Part shown: one piece after another, positions 43,060 through 52,468 of the stretch
How the letters are laid out: the number at the start of each line of letters is the position of its first letter
Numbering within the stretch: position 1 is the stretch's first letter
Assembly: GCA_965263355.1 (NCBI GenBank)
Contig: CBDHHL010000032.1
Coordinates: 2,688,001-2,752,000, forward strand
Length of the DNA stretch: 64,000 bases
Source: Leptolyngbyaceae cyanobacterium
GTDB taxonomy: Bacteria > Cyanobacteriota > Cyanobacteriia > Phormidesmidales > Phormidesmidaceae
Direction: 5' to 3'
The notes under the pieces: generated by a model
Told to the model about the DNA's origin: nothing
Seen by the model: only the letters and a program-made list of their open reading frames with translations
The model's database searches: none
Position numbers and translations under genes: made by a program

Positions 43060-44553
43060 ATGACCTCTGACGGTATCAGCCCCCAACCGCCCATTGATCA
43101 GCCATTGAATACCTCTGTAGAGGTGGCTGTGGAAACTCCACCCTCATCTGCCACACCTCCGGCTCAATCCAGTACCTTTCCAGGCTGGAGAAAAAAGGCC
43201 AACAAACCCCTCTGGCCAGCGGTTGCTTTGGCCATGCTCGTGGTCGCTGGATTTGTTGGTGTAAAAGTCTATAAATCGTTGACAGCGGCTCCACCCTCTG
43301 ACGATATCGAGGAGACAGCCGCTGAAGCCCGTTTACCCGTACGGGTGCTCAGGGCACAGAAAGGGCCGATTCAAGGCTGGGTATTTGATGAAGGGTCGGT
43401 CTGGCCAGTCCGACGACGACTGCTTAACTTTCAGGCCAGTGGCGACATTACCTATGTGGCTAAAGTCGATGGCATAGAACTGCGGGAAGGAGATTTTGTT
43501 TCTCGGGGGCAGCTACTGGCAACCATTGATGCTCGTAGACAGGAATCGAGCATTGCTACGGCTGAAGCCGATATCCAGGTGTCGGAAACTCAACTGGGTC
43601 AATCGAGGGCTAGTATGCTGCAGGCCCAGGCTAGCCTGGAACGGGCAAAGTCAGACCTGGCCCTGGCGCAGACTGAGTTAAGGCGCTATGAAAATTTATT
43701 TGAGCAGGGGGCGGTATCGGAAAGCGATCGCGATTCCTACGTCAATCGAGTAGACCAGGCCGCCGCCGCTCTAAAAACCGCTGAACAGGATGTTCGCTCT
43801 GCGGCTGAGGGCATTCGGTCCTCTGAAGCATCGGTGGATGCCTCATTTGCTCGCCTAAACGAAAGTGCTGTGGACTTAGAAGATACCCAACTGGTGTCTC
43901 CCATTGATGGGGTGGTGGCCTATATCAATATTCGAGAGGGTGAATATTGGAGCACCCAGTATCTCAATACCAGTAGCCCCCAAAATTTGATTGAATCCGC
44001 CCCCATCGTCGTCGTTGATCCCACATCCTTTGAGGTGGAAATCGAGCTGCAAGCAGGAGAAGCGGGCGAGATTCAGCCAGGGCAGCGGGCCTACGTCGTG
44101 TTAGAAGAGGACGTCAGTGCCGCCCAGGCCGCTGGGGCCAACTCCCAGGGCTTGCTGGACATTGCCAGACAGCGGGGCAGTGGTGGTAAAGTATTTGCCG
44201 TCAGTCCGTCCCAAACCCCCGGCAGTCGTGGCACAGAAATCAGTATTCGCGATCTAGACCGAGTCCGCAGTCTAAAAGTAGGGGGTCGAGTATATGTCTG
44301 GATTGAAGTAGCGAGTGACAATGACGCTGTTGTCTTGCCCGTTGGTGCTGTGGTTTCCAGAAATCAACAATATTATGCCTTTGTGGTCAATGAAGTGGAC
44401 GGTACCGTGCAGCAGCGACGGGTGACTGGTGGCATTGAAGGATTATCTGGCGTAGAAATTCTCTCCGGTGTTGAACCAGGGGAGCTGGTGGTGGTTGAAG
44501 GACAAAACCGTCTAGTAGATGGCACCCCCATCGAGATTGTGGACCGGAAGTAA
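43060..44553 (+). CDS. RND efflux periplasmic adaptor (MFP)
   Basis: TM anchor, EGDFVSRGQLLA, coiled coil, SPIDGVV, GELVVVEG. Confidence 0.92.
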   Translation: MTSDGISPQPPIDQPLNTSVEVAVETPPSSATPPAQSSTFPGWRKKANKPLWPAVALAMLVVAGFVGVKVYKSLTAAPPSDDIEETAAEARLPVRVLRAQKGPIQGWVFDEGSVWPVRRRLLNFQASGDITYVAKVDGIELREGDFVSRGQLLATIDARRQESSIATAEADIQVSETQLGQSRASMLQAQASLERAKSDLALAQTELRRYENLFEQGAVSESDRDSYVNRVDQAAAALKTAEQDVRSAAEGIRSSEASVDASFARLNESAVDLEDTQLVSPIDGVVAYINIREGEYWSTQYLNTSSPQNLIESAPIVVVDPTSFEVEIELQAGEAGEIQPGQRAYVVLEEDVSAAQAAGANSQGLLDIARQRGSGGKVFAVSPSQTPGSRGTEISIRDLDRVRSLKVGGRVYVWIEVASDNDAVVLPVGAVVSRNQQYYAFVVNEVDGTVQQRRVTGGIEGLSGVEILSGVEPGELVVVEGQNRLVDGTPIEIVDRK

Positions 44554-44560
44554 CAAAGCT

Positions 44561-47500
44561 ATGCAAATCGACGAGCGCGCTATTGCTGCCCCCGTAACTA
44601 AAAAGGGTGCCGATACTTCCTCAACACCTGGTTGGATGGAGTTCTTCTTTACCCGTCAGATTTTTGCAATTCTGCTCTGTTTTATGCTCCTGATGGGGGG
44701 CTTAATGGGGTACTTCTCCATGGTCAAAGAGGGGGACCCAGAAATTAAAATTGCCCGTGCCATGATCACCACCACCTGGGGTGGTACTGATGCAGAAACT
44801 ATCGAAAACCAGGTCACAGACAAGCTAGAAGAAGAAATCAAAAGTCTCCAGGGGCTGGATGACTTTACCAGTGCCACCTTTAATTCGTTTTCCATTATCA
44901 ATGTTGCCTTTAAGGCAGAAGCCCCCGTGGCCGAATCGATTCAAGAGCTGCGGGGTAAAGTGGACGATGCCGAGTCAGAACTTCCCGAAGAGTCAACCGG
45001 GCGAGAGAAACCAAATTTTGAGCAGTTATCTCAGCAGGATTCACCGGTTCTCACCCTGGCCCTGACGGGAGAGGGGTTGGATATTGGTTTGCTGAGTCAG
45101 GCTTCCGAAGACATACAAGAACGACTGGAGTCTGTAAAAAACGTACGGGAAGTAAATCTGGGTGGTCAGCGTGATGAAGTGATTCACGTGCAGATGATCC
45201 CTAGTCGGTTAACCACCTTAGGGATTTCCGCCACTCAGGTGCGCAATGCGATCCAGGGGGGCAATATCGACCGCTCCTGGGACCTGGTGCGGGATGATGA
45301 AATTGGTGCCCAGGTGAGACTCTACGGTCGTTTTCGTACCCTGGACGATTTAAAGAATCTCCCCGTCACCCGATTAGATGAGAATCGGGTAGTGGTACTG
45401 TCGGAGGTGGCGGATGTTTACCAAGGTCTAGAAAGAGAAACCCAGCGGGCCTTTATTAGCTGGGAAGGGAGTGAGTTTAGCCCCACCATTAACCTGGAGG
45501 TGGTTAAAGTTGCCGGCAGTGACACCATTCAGGTGATTGAAGATGTCCTGGCGGAAATGGAGCTGATAAAAAATGATCCCAGTATCTGGCTCTATGGCAT
45601 GGACTATCGAGTACTCACCAATGATGCGGGGACAATTCGTAGCGATTTAGCCAATCTGGGCAGTAATGTGCTGCAGGCATCGCTATTAGTGTTTGCGATT
45701 TTGTTTGTTGCCCTTACCTGGAGAGAAGCACTGATTGCCGGGTTAGCCATTCCCATGACCTTTGCCGGGGTGCTGTTTATCCTCTGGATGCTAGGGTATA
45801 CCCTCAACACTATGGTCACGGTGGGGATGATCCTGGCCCTGGGACTCTTAGTGGATGTGTTTATCCTGATGTTAGAAGGGTTGCACGATGGTATTTTTGT
45901 CCAGGGGTTGAGCTGGTCTAAAGCGGCCATAAAAACGATTCAGACCTATGCATCCCCTGCGTTTACAGGACAACTAACTACCATTTTAGCCATGGCTCCG
46001 CTGATGGCCATCTCGGGTACCTTGGGCAAATATATTCGTTTGATTCCCATTAGTGCCATTACCTGTCTGGTCATGAGCTATGCCCTGGCGCTGTTGGCCG
46101 TGGTGCCCCTGTCTAAGTTTCTCCTGGGAAATCAAGGCGGCAGCGGTGAGTCTAAAACCTATGTGGATCGCTTAACAGAAGCGGCTTCAGAAAGATTTTC
46201 CCACTGGAGTTTACGGATCACGGTGCCCAATCGTCATGTGGCGCGTCTGTGGACAGCGGGGGCCATTGCCCTGTTTGTTTGTGCGGTTATTTTATTTAGC
46301 CAGCTGCCCAGTTCTTTGTTTGCCGTGGCTGATGATAACAAACTGAGCCTAAATGTAGAACTGCCGCCAGCCGCTACCCTAGAAACCTCTCAAGAAGTAG
46401 CGGACCTGATGGGTGAGGTGGTGCGCAACTACAGTGACCCCAATGGGGAAAAGGTATTTGAAAGTGTGGTAAAGCTGGTGGGGCAGCGGAGCAATCTGGT
46501 AGCTTCTAGCGAAATTAAACCGGGGAATGCCGATTATTTTGTTGGTCTGTCGGCAGTATTTGTAGATCGTAACCAACGGGCCCAGGATTCGTTTGACTAT
46601 GCTTACGATCTTAAAGTCCAGATGGAAAGAGACATTATCCGGAACTATCCAGGGGCTGTATTGAGTACCGGTTTTCCCCTGTCTGGTGGTGGCGCTGATC
46701 CAATTGCCATCGAGATTTTTGGTGATGACTTAGAACAACTACGAGAAATTTCTAGCGAGGTGCAACAGGCGCTGCGAGAGATCCCAGGCACCATGGATGT
46801 GCGGGATGACCTGGGGAATCTGCGGGAAGATTATAAGCTAGTACCAAAGCGAGAGTCGCTTAATTTCTATGGCATTAGCCAGGATGAGGTGGGTCTGCAG
46901 GGTCGCTACATGATGATCGACAATGATGTGGGAGACTATGCCCTGGGTAGCGGCGAAGAAGATCTTGAGATTCGTTTGAGTACGCGTTGGCCGTCCCAGC
47001 AGGGGAAGATTGGTGGTCCTTCTCGATTGGATGAATTTGCTACCATGCGGTTTATTAACTCCGATGGTGAGGCGATATCGCCCAATGCGTTGTTGGAGGA
47101 GGTGCCGGGGGCGGTACCATTGGCAATTACACACCGAGATACTCAGCGGAGTGTGACGGTGCTGGCTAAGGTGATTCCGGGGCAAGATTTTTATGACTCT
47201 CAAATTTTGGCTGAGCTAACGCCGAAGCTGGATGCGATGCAGTATGACCCGACGGATGAGGGAAATCCTGACCGTTGGCCAAGGGGATATAGCTATCGGT
47301 TTGGTGGGGATGCGGATACCAGCAGTGAGACCTTTGGGTCGGCGGGGCAGATGCTGGTGGTGGCGATCTTCTTGGTGTTTGCGGTGCTAGTGTTGCAGTT
47401 TGGGTCTTATACGCAGCCTGTGATTATTATTCTCACCATTCCGTTTGCGTTGATTGGGACGTTGTTTGGGTTCTTTGCTCTTAGTCTGTCGTTTTCGTTT

Positions 47501-47827
47501 CCGGCGATGATTGGGGTGATTGCGCTGGTGGGGATTGTGGTAAATGATGCGATCGTAATGGTAGAGACGATGAATGAGCGGCGCAAGGAGGGGTTGGATG
47601 TACGCCATGCGGCGGCGGCAGGGGCAAGTGATCGATTAAGGCCGATTTTGACAACGTCGATTACAACGATTATTGGTCTGTTGCCATTGGCGTTTAGTGA
47701 TGCGCAGTGGTTTCCATTGTGTATGGCGATTATTTTTGGGTTGTTGTCGGCGACGTTGATTGCGTTGCTGGTGGTGCCGGGACTGTATTTGCAGCTGACG
47801 CCCAATACCTCCAAGGTCACTTCCTAG
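44561..47827 (+). CDS. RND efflux permease (AcrB/AcrD/AcrF family)
   Basis: GLLVDVFI, GIVVNDAIV, RLRPILTT; ATG at 44561. Confidence 0.93.
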   Translation: MQIDERAIAAPVTKKGADTSSTPGWMEFFFTRQIFAILLCFMLLMGGLMGYFSMVKEGDPEIKIARAMITTTWGGTDAETIENQVTDKLEEEIKSLQGLDDFTSATFNSFSIINVAFKAEAPVAESIQELRGKVDDAESELPEESTGREKPNFEQLSQQDSPVLTLALTGEGLDIGLLSQASEDIQERLESVKNVREVNLGGQRDEVIHVQMIPSRLTTLGISATQVRNAIQGGNIDRSWDLVRDDEIGAQVRLYGRFRTLDDLKNLPVTRLDENRVVVLSEVADVYQGLERETQRAFISWEGSEFSPTINLEVVKVAGSDTIQVIEDVLAEMELIKNDPSIWLYGMDYRVLTNDAGTIRSDLANLGSNVLQASLLVFAILFVALTWREALIAGLAIPMTFAGVLFILWMLGYTLNTMVTVGMILALGLLVDVFILMLEGLHDGIFVQGLSWSKAAIKTIQTYASPAFTGQLTTILAMAPLMAISGTLGKYIRLIPISAITCLVMSYALALLAVVPLSKFLLGNQGGSGESKTYVDRLTEAASERFSHWSLRITVPNRHVARLWTAGAIALFVCAVILFSQLPSSLFAVADDNKLSLNVELPPAATLETSQEVADLMGEVVRNYSDPNGEKVFESVVKLVGQRSNLVASSEIKPGNADYFVGLSAVFVDRNQRAQDSFDYAYDLKVQMERDIIRNYPGAVLSTGFPLSGGGADPIAIEIFGDDLEQLREISSEVQQALREIPGTMDVRDDLGNLREDYKLVPKRESLNFYGISQDEVGLQGRYMMIDNDVGDYALGSGEEDLEIRLSTRWPSQQGKIGGPSRLDEFATMRFINSDGEAISPNALLEEVPGAVPLAITHRDTQRSVTVLAKVIPGQDFYDSQILAELTPKLDAMQYDPTDEGNPDRWPRGYSYRFGGDADTSSETFGSAGQMLVVAIFLVFAVLVLQFGSYTQPVIIILTIPFALIGTLFGFFALSLSFSFPAMIGVIALVGIVVNDAIVMVETMNERRKEGLDVRHAAAAGASDRLRPILTTSITTIIGLLPLAFSDAQWFPLCMAIIFGLLSATLIALLVVPGLYLQLTPNTSKVTS

Positions 47828-47837
47828 GTCAGAAAAC

Positions 47838-48413
47838 TTACCAGATGTAGGAAAGCTTTAGGGTAAAACCAGGCAATACATCTTCGCCCGATAGTTGAGT
47901 CGGATTCTCCAATTTTTCAACGGGCTGATTGGGGCGGTAAATTTCAACAAATCGTCCTTTACGATTGATTAACCAGCCAAGTCGAACGCCATTGTCTAAA
48001 TACTCGGTCATTTTCTCTTGAGCTTTGCTGAGGGCATCGCTGGGCGACATTAACTCCACTACAAAGTCAGGACATAGGGGCACGAACTGTTCTTGTTGTT
48101 CGGGGGTGAGGGCTTGCCATCGTTCTAAAGCGACCCAGGCGGCATCGGGTGAGCGGTCGGCTCCATTGGGTAGTTTGAAACCAGTGGATGAGTCAAAGAC
48201 AATGCCTCGTTCGTTATTGTCGGACCAGTTAAATAGCTGCTGGGTTAAACGGCCATTACGATTTCCTGTTTCTCCGCCTGTCGGCGAGATAATGACTAAA
48301 TTTCCTTCGGCAGTACGTTCAAACTTCAAGTCGGGGTTCTGACGACATAGCTGATAAAACTGCTGGTCAGTTATGATAATGGCTGATTCAAGCTTAAGGG
48401 TAAAAGCAGTCAT
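47838..48413 (-). CDS. Uma2 family endonuclease
   Basis: FDSSTGFKLPNGADRSPDAAW, CPDFVVEL, RLGWLI. Confidence 0.92.
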   Translation of the reverse strand: MTAFTLKLESAIIITDQQFYQLCRQNPDLKFERTAEGNLVIISPTGGETGNRNGRLTQQLFNWSDNNERGIVFDSSTGFKLPNGADRSPDAAWVALERWQALTPEQQEQFVPLCPDFVVELMSPSDALSKAQEKMTEYLDNGVRLGWLINRKGRFVEIYRPNQPVEKLENPTQLSGEDVLPGFTLKLSYIW

Positions 48414-48519
48414 CAGATGTACTGGTTAATCTACTGGATGCTCCATTGTAGCAGCTGTAAAAATGGGCATAAAGGCTGCAGATGAGGCTTGGGGGATAGA
48501 ATGGAGCATAGTGTCTGAG

Positions 48520-48874
48520 TACGTTTGGTGGGCGTTCGACGGTGCCGGATATTGCGGTGTTTGTTTGGGACCGGATTCCCCGTGATGAGAATGGGGAGGT
48601 TGACAATACGTTTCCGGCTGCACCGGATTGGACGATTGAAATTTTGTCGCCTGACCAAAGTCAAACTAAGGTAACAAAGAATATTTTGCACTGTTTGCGG
48701 CATGGGACTAAGGTGGGCTGGTTGATTGATCCGGGTGAGCAAACTGTGTTTGTTTATCGTCCAAAGCAAGAATTTGAGGTGTTGGATGAGCCAGATGAGA
48801 TTGTTTCTGTACCATCGTTTGCCAGTGAGTTACAGCTGACGATTAAAGGGTTGTTTGGTTGGCTACTGGTGTAA
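48520..48874 (+). pseudogene. 5'-truncated Uma2 family endonuclease
   Basis: TFGGRSTVPDIAVF...APDWTIEILSP...GWLIDP; N-terminal part and start codon missing. Confidence 0.75.
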
Positions 48875-48962
48875 GACATGTATAGTTACCAGTAAGCTAC
48901 ATAATTTTCGGATCTTAAAAGAGCGATCGCACCCTCTTTGGACAGGATGCGATCGCATCGCC

Positions 48963-49202
48963 CTAACTAATCTTCACTTTTTTAGTCAAAATCGCCATCA
49001 CCTCATTGGGTCGCCCGGTGGGTAGTGGACGACTCCAGTCGTTGGGCTCAGTGTAGTTGAGCTTATGCAACAGCTTGATGGTGGTCTGCACAAAGGTCAA
49101 ACTGCCCAGCAGCAGATGTCGTCCCATTTCGTAGGAGGATTCTGGTAGCGGGTCAGGCTGACGGGTGAGCGCTGATGCGCCCTGGGTTGGGTCTTGAAAC
49201 AT
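48963..49202 (-). CDS. small cyanobacterial hypothetical protein
   Basis: RHLLLGS..VQTTIKLLHKLNYTEPNDWSRPLPT..EVMAIL, a pattern I recognise from small cyanobacterial ORFs. Confidence 0.65.
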   Translation of the reverse strand: MFQDPTQGASALTRQPDPLPESSYEMGRHLLLGSLTFVQTTIKLLHKLNYTEPNDWSRPLPTGRPNEVMAILTKKVKIS

Positions 49203-49664
49203 GGTTCTGGTTCTCCAGAGATACGACAAGGAAAGCCAGAACCCAACAGCTCAGCCCCCGCGATGTATGGCAAATCGCAGGGGCTGAGGCATAATAAGCC
49301 CATCCCAAGGATTGCTCTGGAATCCGCGGGTCAGCCATCGGTTAGGTGTTGCGAGCACCTGCCGATGGTGCCAAGTTATTAGGTTCTAGTAGAACAGCTG
49401 CACTTGCAGCATTGGGTTACTTTAGACCGGGGGTTAGGCTTTCGTCAAGCTAGCGTAATGGGCTGTATCACGCTGTTATCAAGGCACTGAGGAGATGCTT
49501 CTGGCCGGAAAAATGCTCATTTCACTGGTTTAACCGTCAAAAACGGTAGATATTGACCCCATCGAACAAGGATAGTCTTAGCGACCCCCTAAAACATCAC
49601 ACTCACGATAAGTCTTGGTAGATGGCTCAATAGTTTATTTGAACTATTAAAGCGAGGTTAAAGC

Positions 49665-49807
49665 TTTCTGGATAACTCCGACTCTGGGGGTATTATCCAG
49701 AAAGTTTCTGGGTTAATTGCTTATAAGGTGTTTATCCAGAAAGTTTCTGGATAACTCCGGCTGGAAGGTATTTATCCAGACTTAGTCTGGATAACTCATA
49801 GTTAGGC
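49665..49807 (+). other. attI-like integron recombination site with upstream palindromic repeats
   Basis: GGATAAC-TCATA-GTTAGGC (L box, 5-bp spacer, GTTRRRY R box), preceded by TTATCCAG-N7-CTGGATAA palindromes at ~40-bp period. Confidence 0.6.
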
Positions 49808-50530
49808 GCGCGACTCGAAGTCGTTCGGGGGAGTTGGAGAGACTCCCAAATGACTCTCCCCGCCAGTGTTCAGGCGGATGTCCGCCTCGGAATGTTCGAC
49901 CAGTAATGGGAGGGCAGCATCAGCAGACGAGGTTAAATGTCGCAGTATCTTCTGAGCCAACAAGAGGGTGCAGGCTAGGGCAAGATTGCTAAGGATAACG
50001 CAAGTGAATCCTTGATGAGGCTTCGTTAATGTGAGTTCTCGAAATGGCTGATACGAGAATTTTGGAGCATATGGGGGTTGGTAGCGTCTAAATACCAATC
50101 AAGAACACCCCGCTCTCGGAGTAAAGAGGAATCCTAAAGCAATCATATCTCCACCCCGTGCGGAACGAGGAAACCCCGATAGAGTCCTGAAAATACTTTA
50201 TTTTCCAGGTAAGCGGAGGGCAACCAAAGCTGAACTCTCTAGCGGGCACAGGATATCCCAAGAAGCGAAAGCTGCCAGCCGAAAAACCGGAATTCATCAG
50301 ATAGGGCATTTGCCAACCTGAAACTCGTGGGATAGGTGATGGACGATGAAACTTAACTGATTGGGAAAAGTTAGGTGCAAGCTTCGGCTTGTAAACGTAA
50401 CCATCAGGACAATCTGAAAAGGTTGTTAAGAATCGGAAAAACTGAATTTCAAGACATTGCTTGATATACAGTGAAAGTTGTACGTACGGTTCTGAACGGG
50501 ATATATTTAAAACCTGCTTCCTTACCCGAC
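49808..50530 (+). mobile_element. ORF-less group II intron, copy 1 (small deletions incl. domain V)
   Basis: 5' GCGCG, 3' CCTTACCCGAC; near-identical to copy 2 but lacks GCCG in DV and part of DVI. Confidence 0.85.
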
Positions 50531-51298
50531 GCGCGACTCGAAGTCGTTCGGGGGAGTTGGAGAGACTCCCAAATGACTCTCCCCGCCAGTGTTCAGGCGG
50601 ATGTCCGCCTCGGAATGTTCGACCAGTAATGGGAGGGCAGCATCAGCAGACGAGGTTAAATGTCGCAGTATCTTCTGAGCCAACAAGAGGGTGCAGGCTA
50701 GGGCAAGATTGCTAAGGATAACGCAAGTGAATCCTTGATGAGGCTTCGTTAATGTGAGTTCTCGAAATGGCTGATACGAGAATTTTGGAGCATATGGGGG
50801 TTGGTAGCGTCTAAATGCCAATCAAGAACATCCCGCTCTCGGAGTAAAGAGGAATCCTAAAGCAATCATATCTCCACCCCGTGCGGAACGAGGAAACCCC
50901 GATAGAGTCCTGAAAATACTTTATTTTCCAGGTAAGCGGAGGGCAACCAAAGCTGAACTCTCTAGCGGGCACAGGATATCCCAAGAAGCGAAAGCTGCCA
51001 GCCGAAAGGCAACCGGAATTCATAACGGGGCAGATAGGGCATTTGCCCAACCTGAAAGGGGGCTGACGTGGGATAGGTGATGGACTTGAATGAAGGTGAG
51101 ATGAAACTTAACTGATTGGGAAAAGTTAGGTGCAAGCTTCGGCTTGTAAACGTAACCATCAGGACAATCTGAAAAGGTTGTTAAGAATCGGAAAAACTGA
51201 ATTTCAAGACATTGCTTGAGCCGTATACAGTGAAAGTTGTACGTACGGTTCTGAGGGGAGGAAGCGGGATATATTTAAAACCTGCTTCCTTACCCGAC
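50531..51298 (+). mobile_element. ORF-less group II intron, copy 2 (intact ribozyme core)
   Basis: 5' GCGCG; DV GAGCCGTATACAGTGAAAGTTGTACGTACGGTTC; DVI GGGGAGGAAGCGGG...CCTGCTTCCTTACCCGAC; no RT ORF. Confidence 0.92.
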
Positions 51299-51323
51299 AA
51301 TTGCGCAATATTCTTGTGGTAGA

Positions 51324-52190
51324 GTGAGAACCAATCATCCAACCCGACATCAGGTGAAAAGAATTGTACGAAAAGCAGCCCAGAAGATCCTAGGCTTTGA
51401 GCCAGCATTGCCGGCGTTAGAAGCCAAAGTAGCAACCAGCATCTCCGATAATCAACGATACCCCCAAGCCTGTCTTCGAGCTGCAAATGACTATCGACTC
51501 TTTAATTCATTTAGGCAGAGTCATGATTACACACAGATTCTTGAGCATGTCTCCCATGATCAAGGGGCTGCATATCTGGATGAGATAAAGAGATGGCCTG
51601 ACGTGTTTAGCGCACTTCCTGATATAGCCCATAACGATGATTACGGCGGGCCTGTTCTTCATTCTTATCCTGGAATCGCTCCGATATCTCCCAGCACACT
51701 TAGATATGCCAAAGTCTTGTGTGACTTATATAGCTTGTTTGGCTCTCTGGATAACTTTCATATTGCTGAGATTGGCGTTGGCTACGGAGGGCAATGCCGT
51801 GCCATAAATTCAACATCATCGCCAAGTAGTTACACACTTATTGACTTGCAGCCAGTTCTTCAGCTTTCACAGAGATACTTGGACTACTACATCTTGAATT
51901 CACAGCTAGTTTATTCAACCATGAACCAGCTGGCAACCCATGAATATGACTTACTGATTAGCAATTATGCCTTCACCGAGCTTCCAAGGGCAGTTCAGGA
52001 TGTTTATCTCTCTAGGGTCGTTCTGCCTTCGATTCGTGGGTATATTACATATAACCAGATATCTCCAGACTCGTTTATGTCCTATACATCAGATGAGCTG
52101 CTTGAGATGATTCCAGGCTCGGCCAGAGTCGACGAGGTTCCTCTCACTCATCCCATGAACTGTATAATTGTCTGGGGCCAGAATGGCTAA
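51324..52190 (+). CDS. putative sugar O-methyltransferase, cassette-like gene
   Basis: YTQILEHV, SPSTLRYAKV, IAEIGVGYGG, SNYAFTEL. The stop TAA lies inside the attC R'' box GGCTAAC. Confidence 0.82.
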   Translation: MRTNHPTRHQVKRIVRKAAQKILGFEPALPALEAKVATSISDNQRYPQACLRAANDYRLFNSFRQSHDYTQILEHVSHDQGAAYLDEIKRWPDVFSALPDIAHNDDYGGPVLHSYPGIAPISPSTLRYAKVLCDLYSLFGSLDNFHIAEIGVGYGGQCRAINSTSSPSSYTLIDLQPVLQLSQRYLDYYILNSQLVYSTMNQLATHEYDLLISNYAFTELPRAVQDVYLSRVVLPSIRGYITYNQISPDSFMSYTSDELLEMIPGSARVDEVPLTHPMNCIIVWGQNG

Positions 52191-52468
52191 CATAGGCCCT
52201 GAGGCGGACGAGGTCAATAGCAAATGCTAAAATTCTTTTTCTGCTTTAGCTTTAGCGCGGATTCAGACGTTCAAAATTGACCTAATAGTCAGGTGTTCAG
52301 GGAGACTGAACCTGCGCTATTAGATGGGGCTGCGTTGCTGAATGATCATTGATACGGGTTAGCTGTTCATAAGATATTTCTCCAAGTGACTGCATAGAGT
52401 GCTCGATCTTGTTTTGGTTGTTACTGTTTTTATTGCTTGTTTTCAAGTGCAATTTGTTCTTCTTGCAC

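Noticed and set aside
46900..47827. G/T-rich compositional shift in the 3' part of the RND gene as a sign of mosaicism
   Set aside because: Partly explained by hydrophobic TM codons, and not quantifiable by eye.
49200..49660. integron integrase remnant
   Set aside because: By-eye translation of the - strand gave no IntI-like N-terminus or RHRY motifs.
49665..49800. CRISPR-like mini array (palindromic repeats)
   Set aside because: The ~40-bp period leaves only ~16-17 bp between repeats, two of those spacers are similar, and the block ends in an att core site.
49802..51486. ORFs of 65-101 aa overlapping the introns
   Set aside because: They repeat only because the intron RNA is duplicated, and have no RT or maturase motifs.
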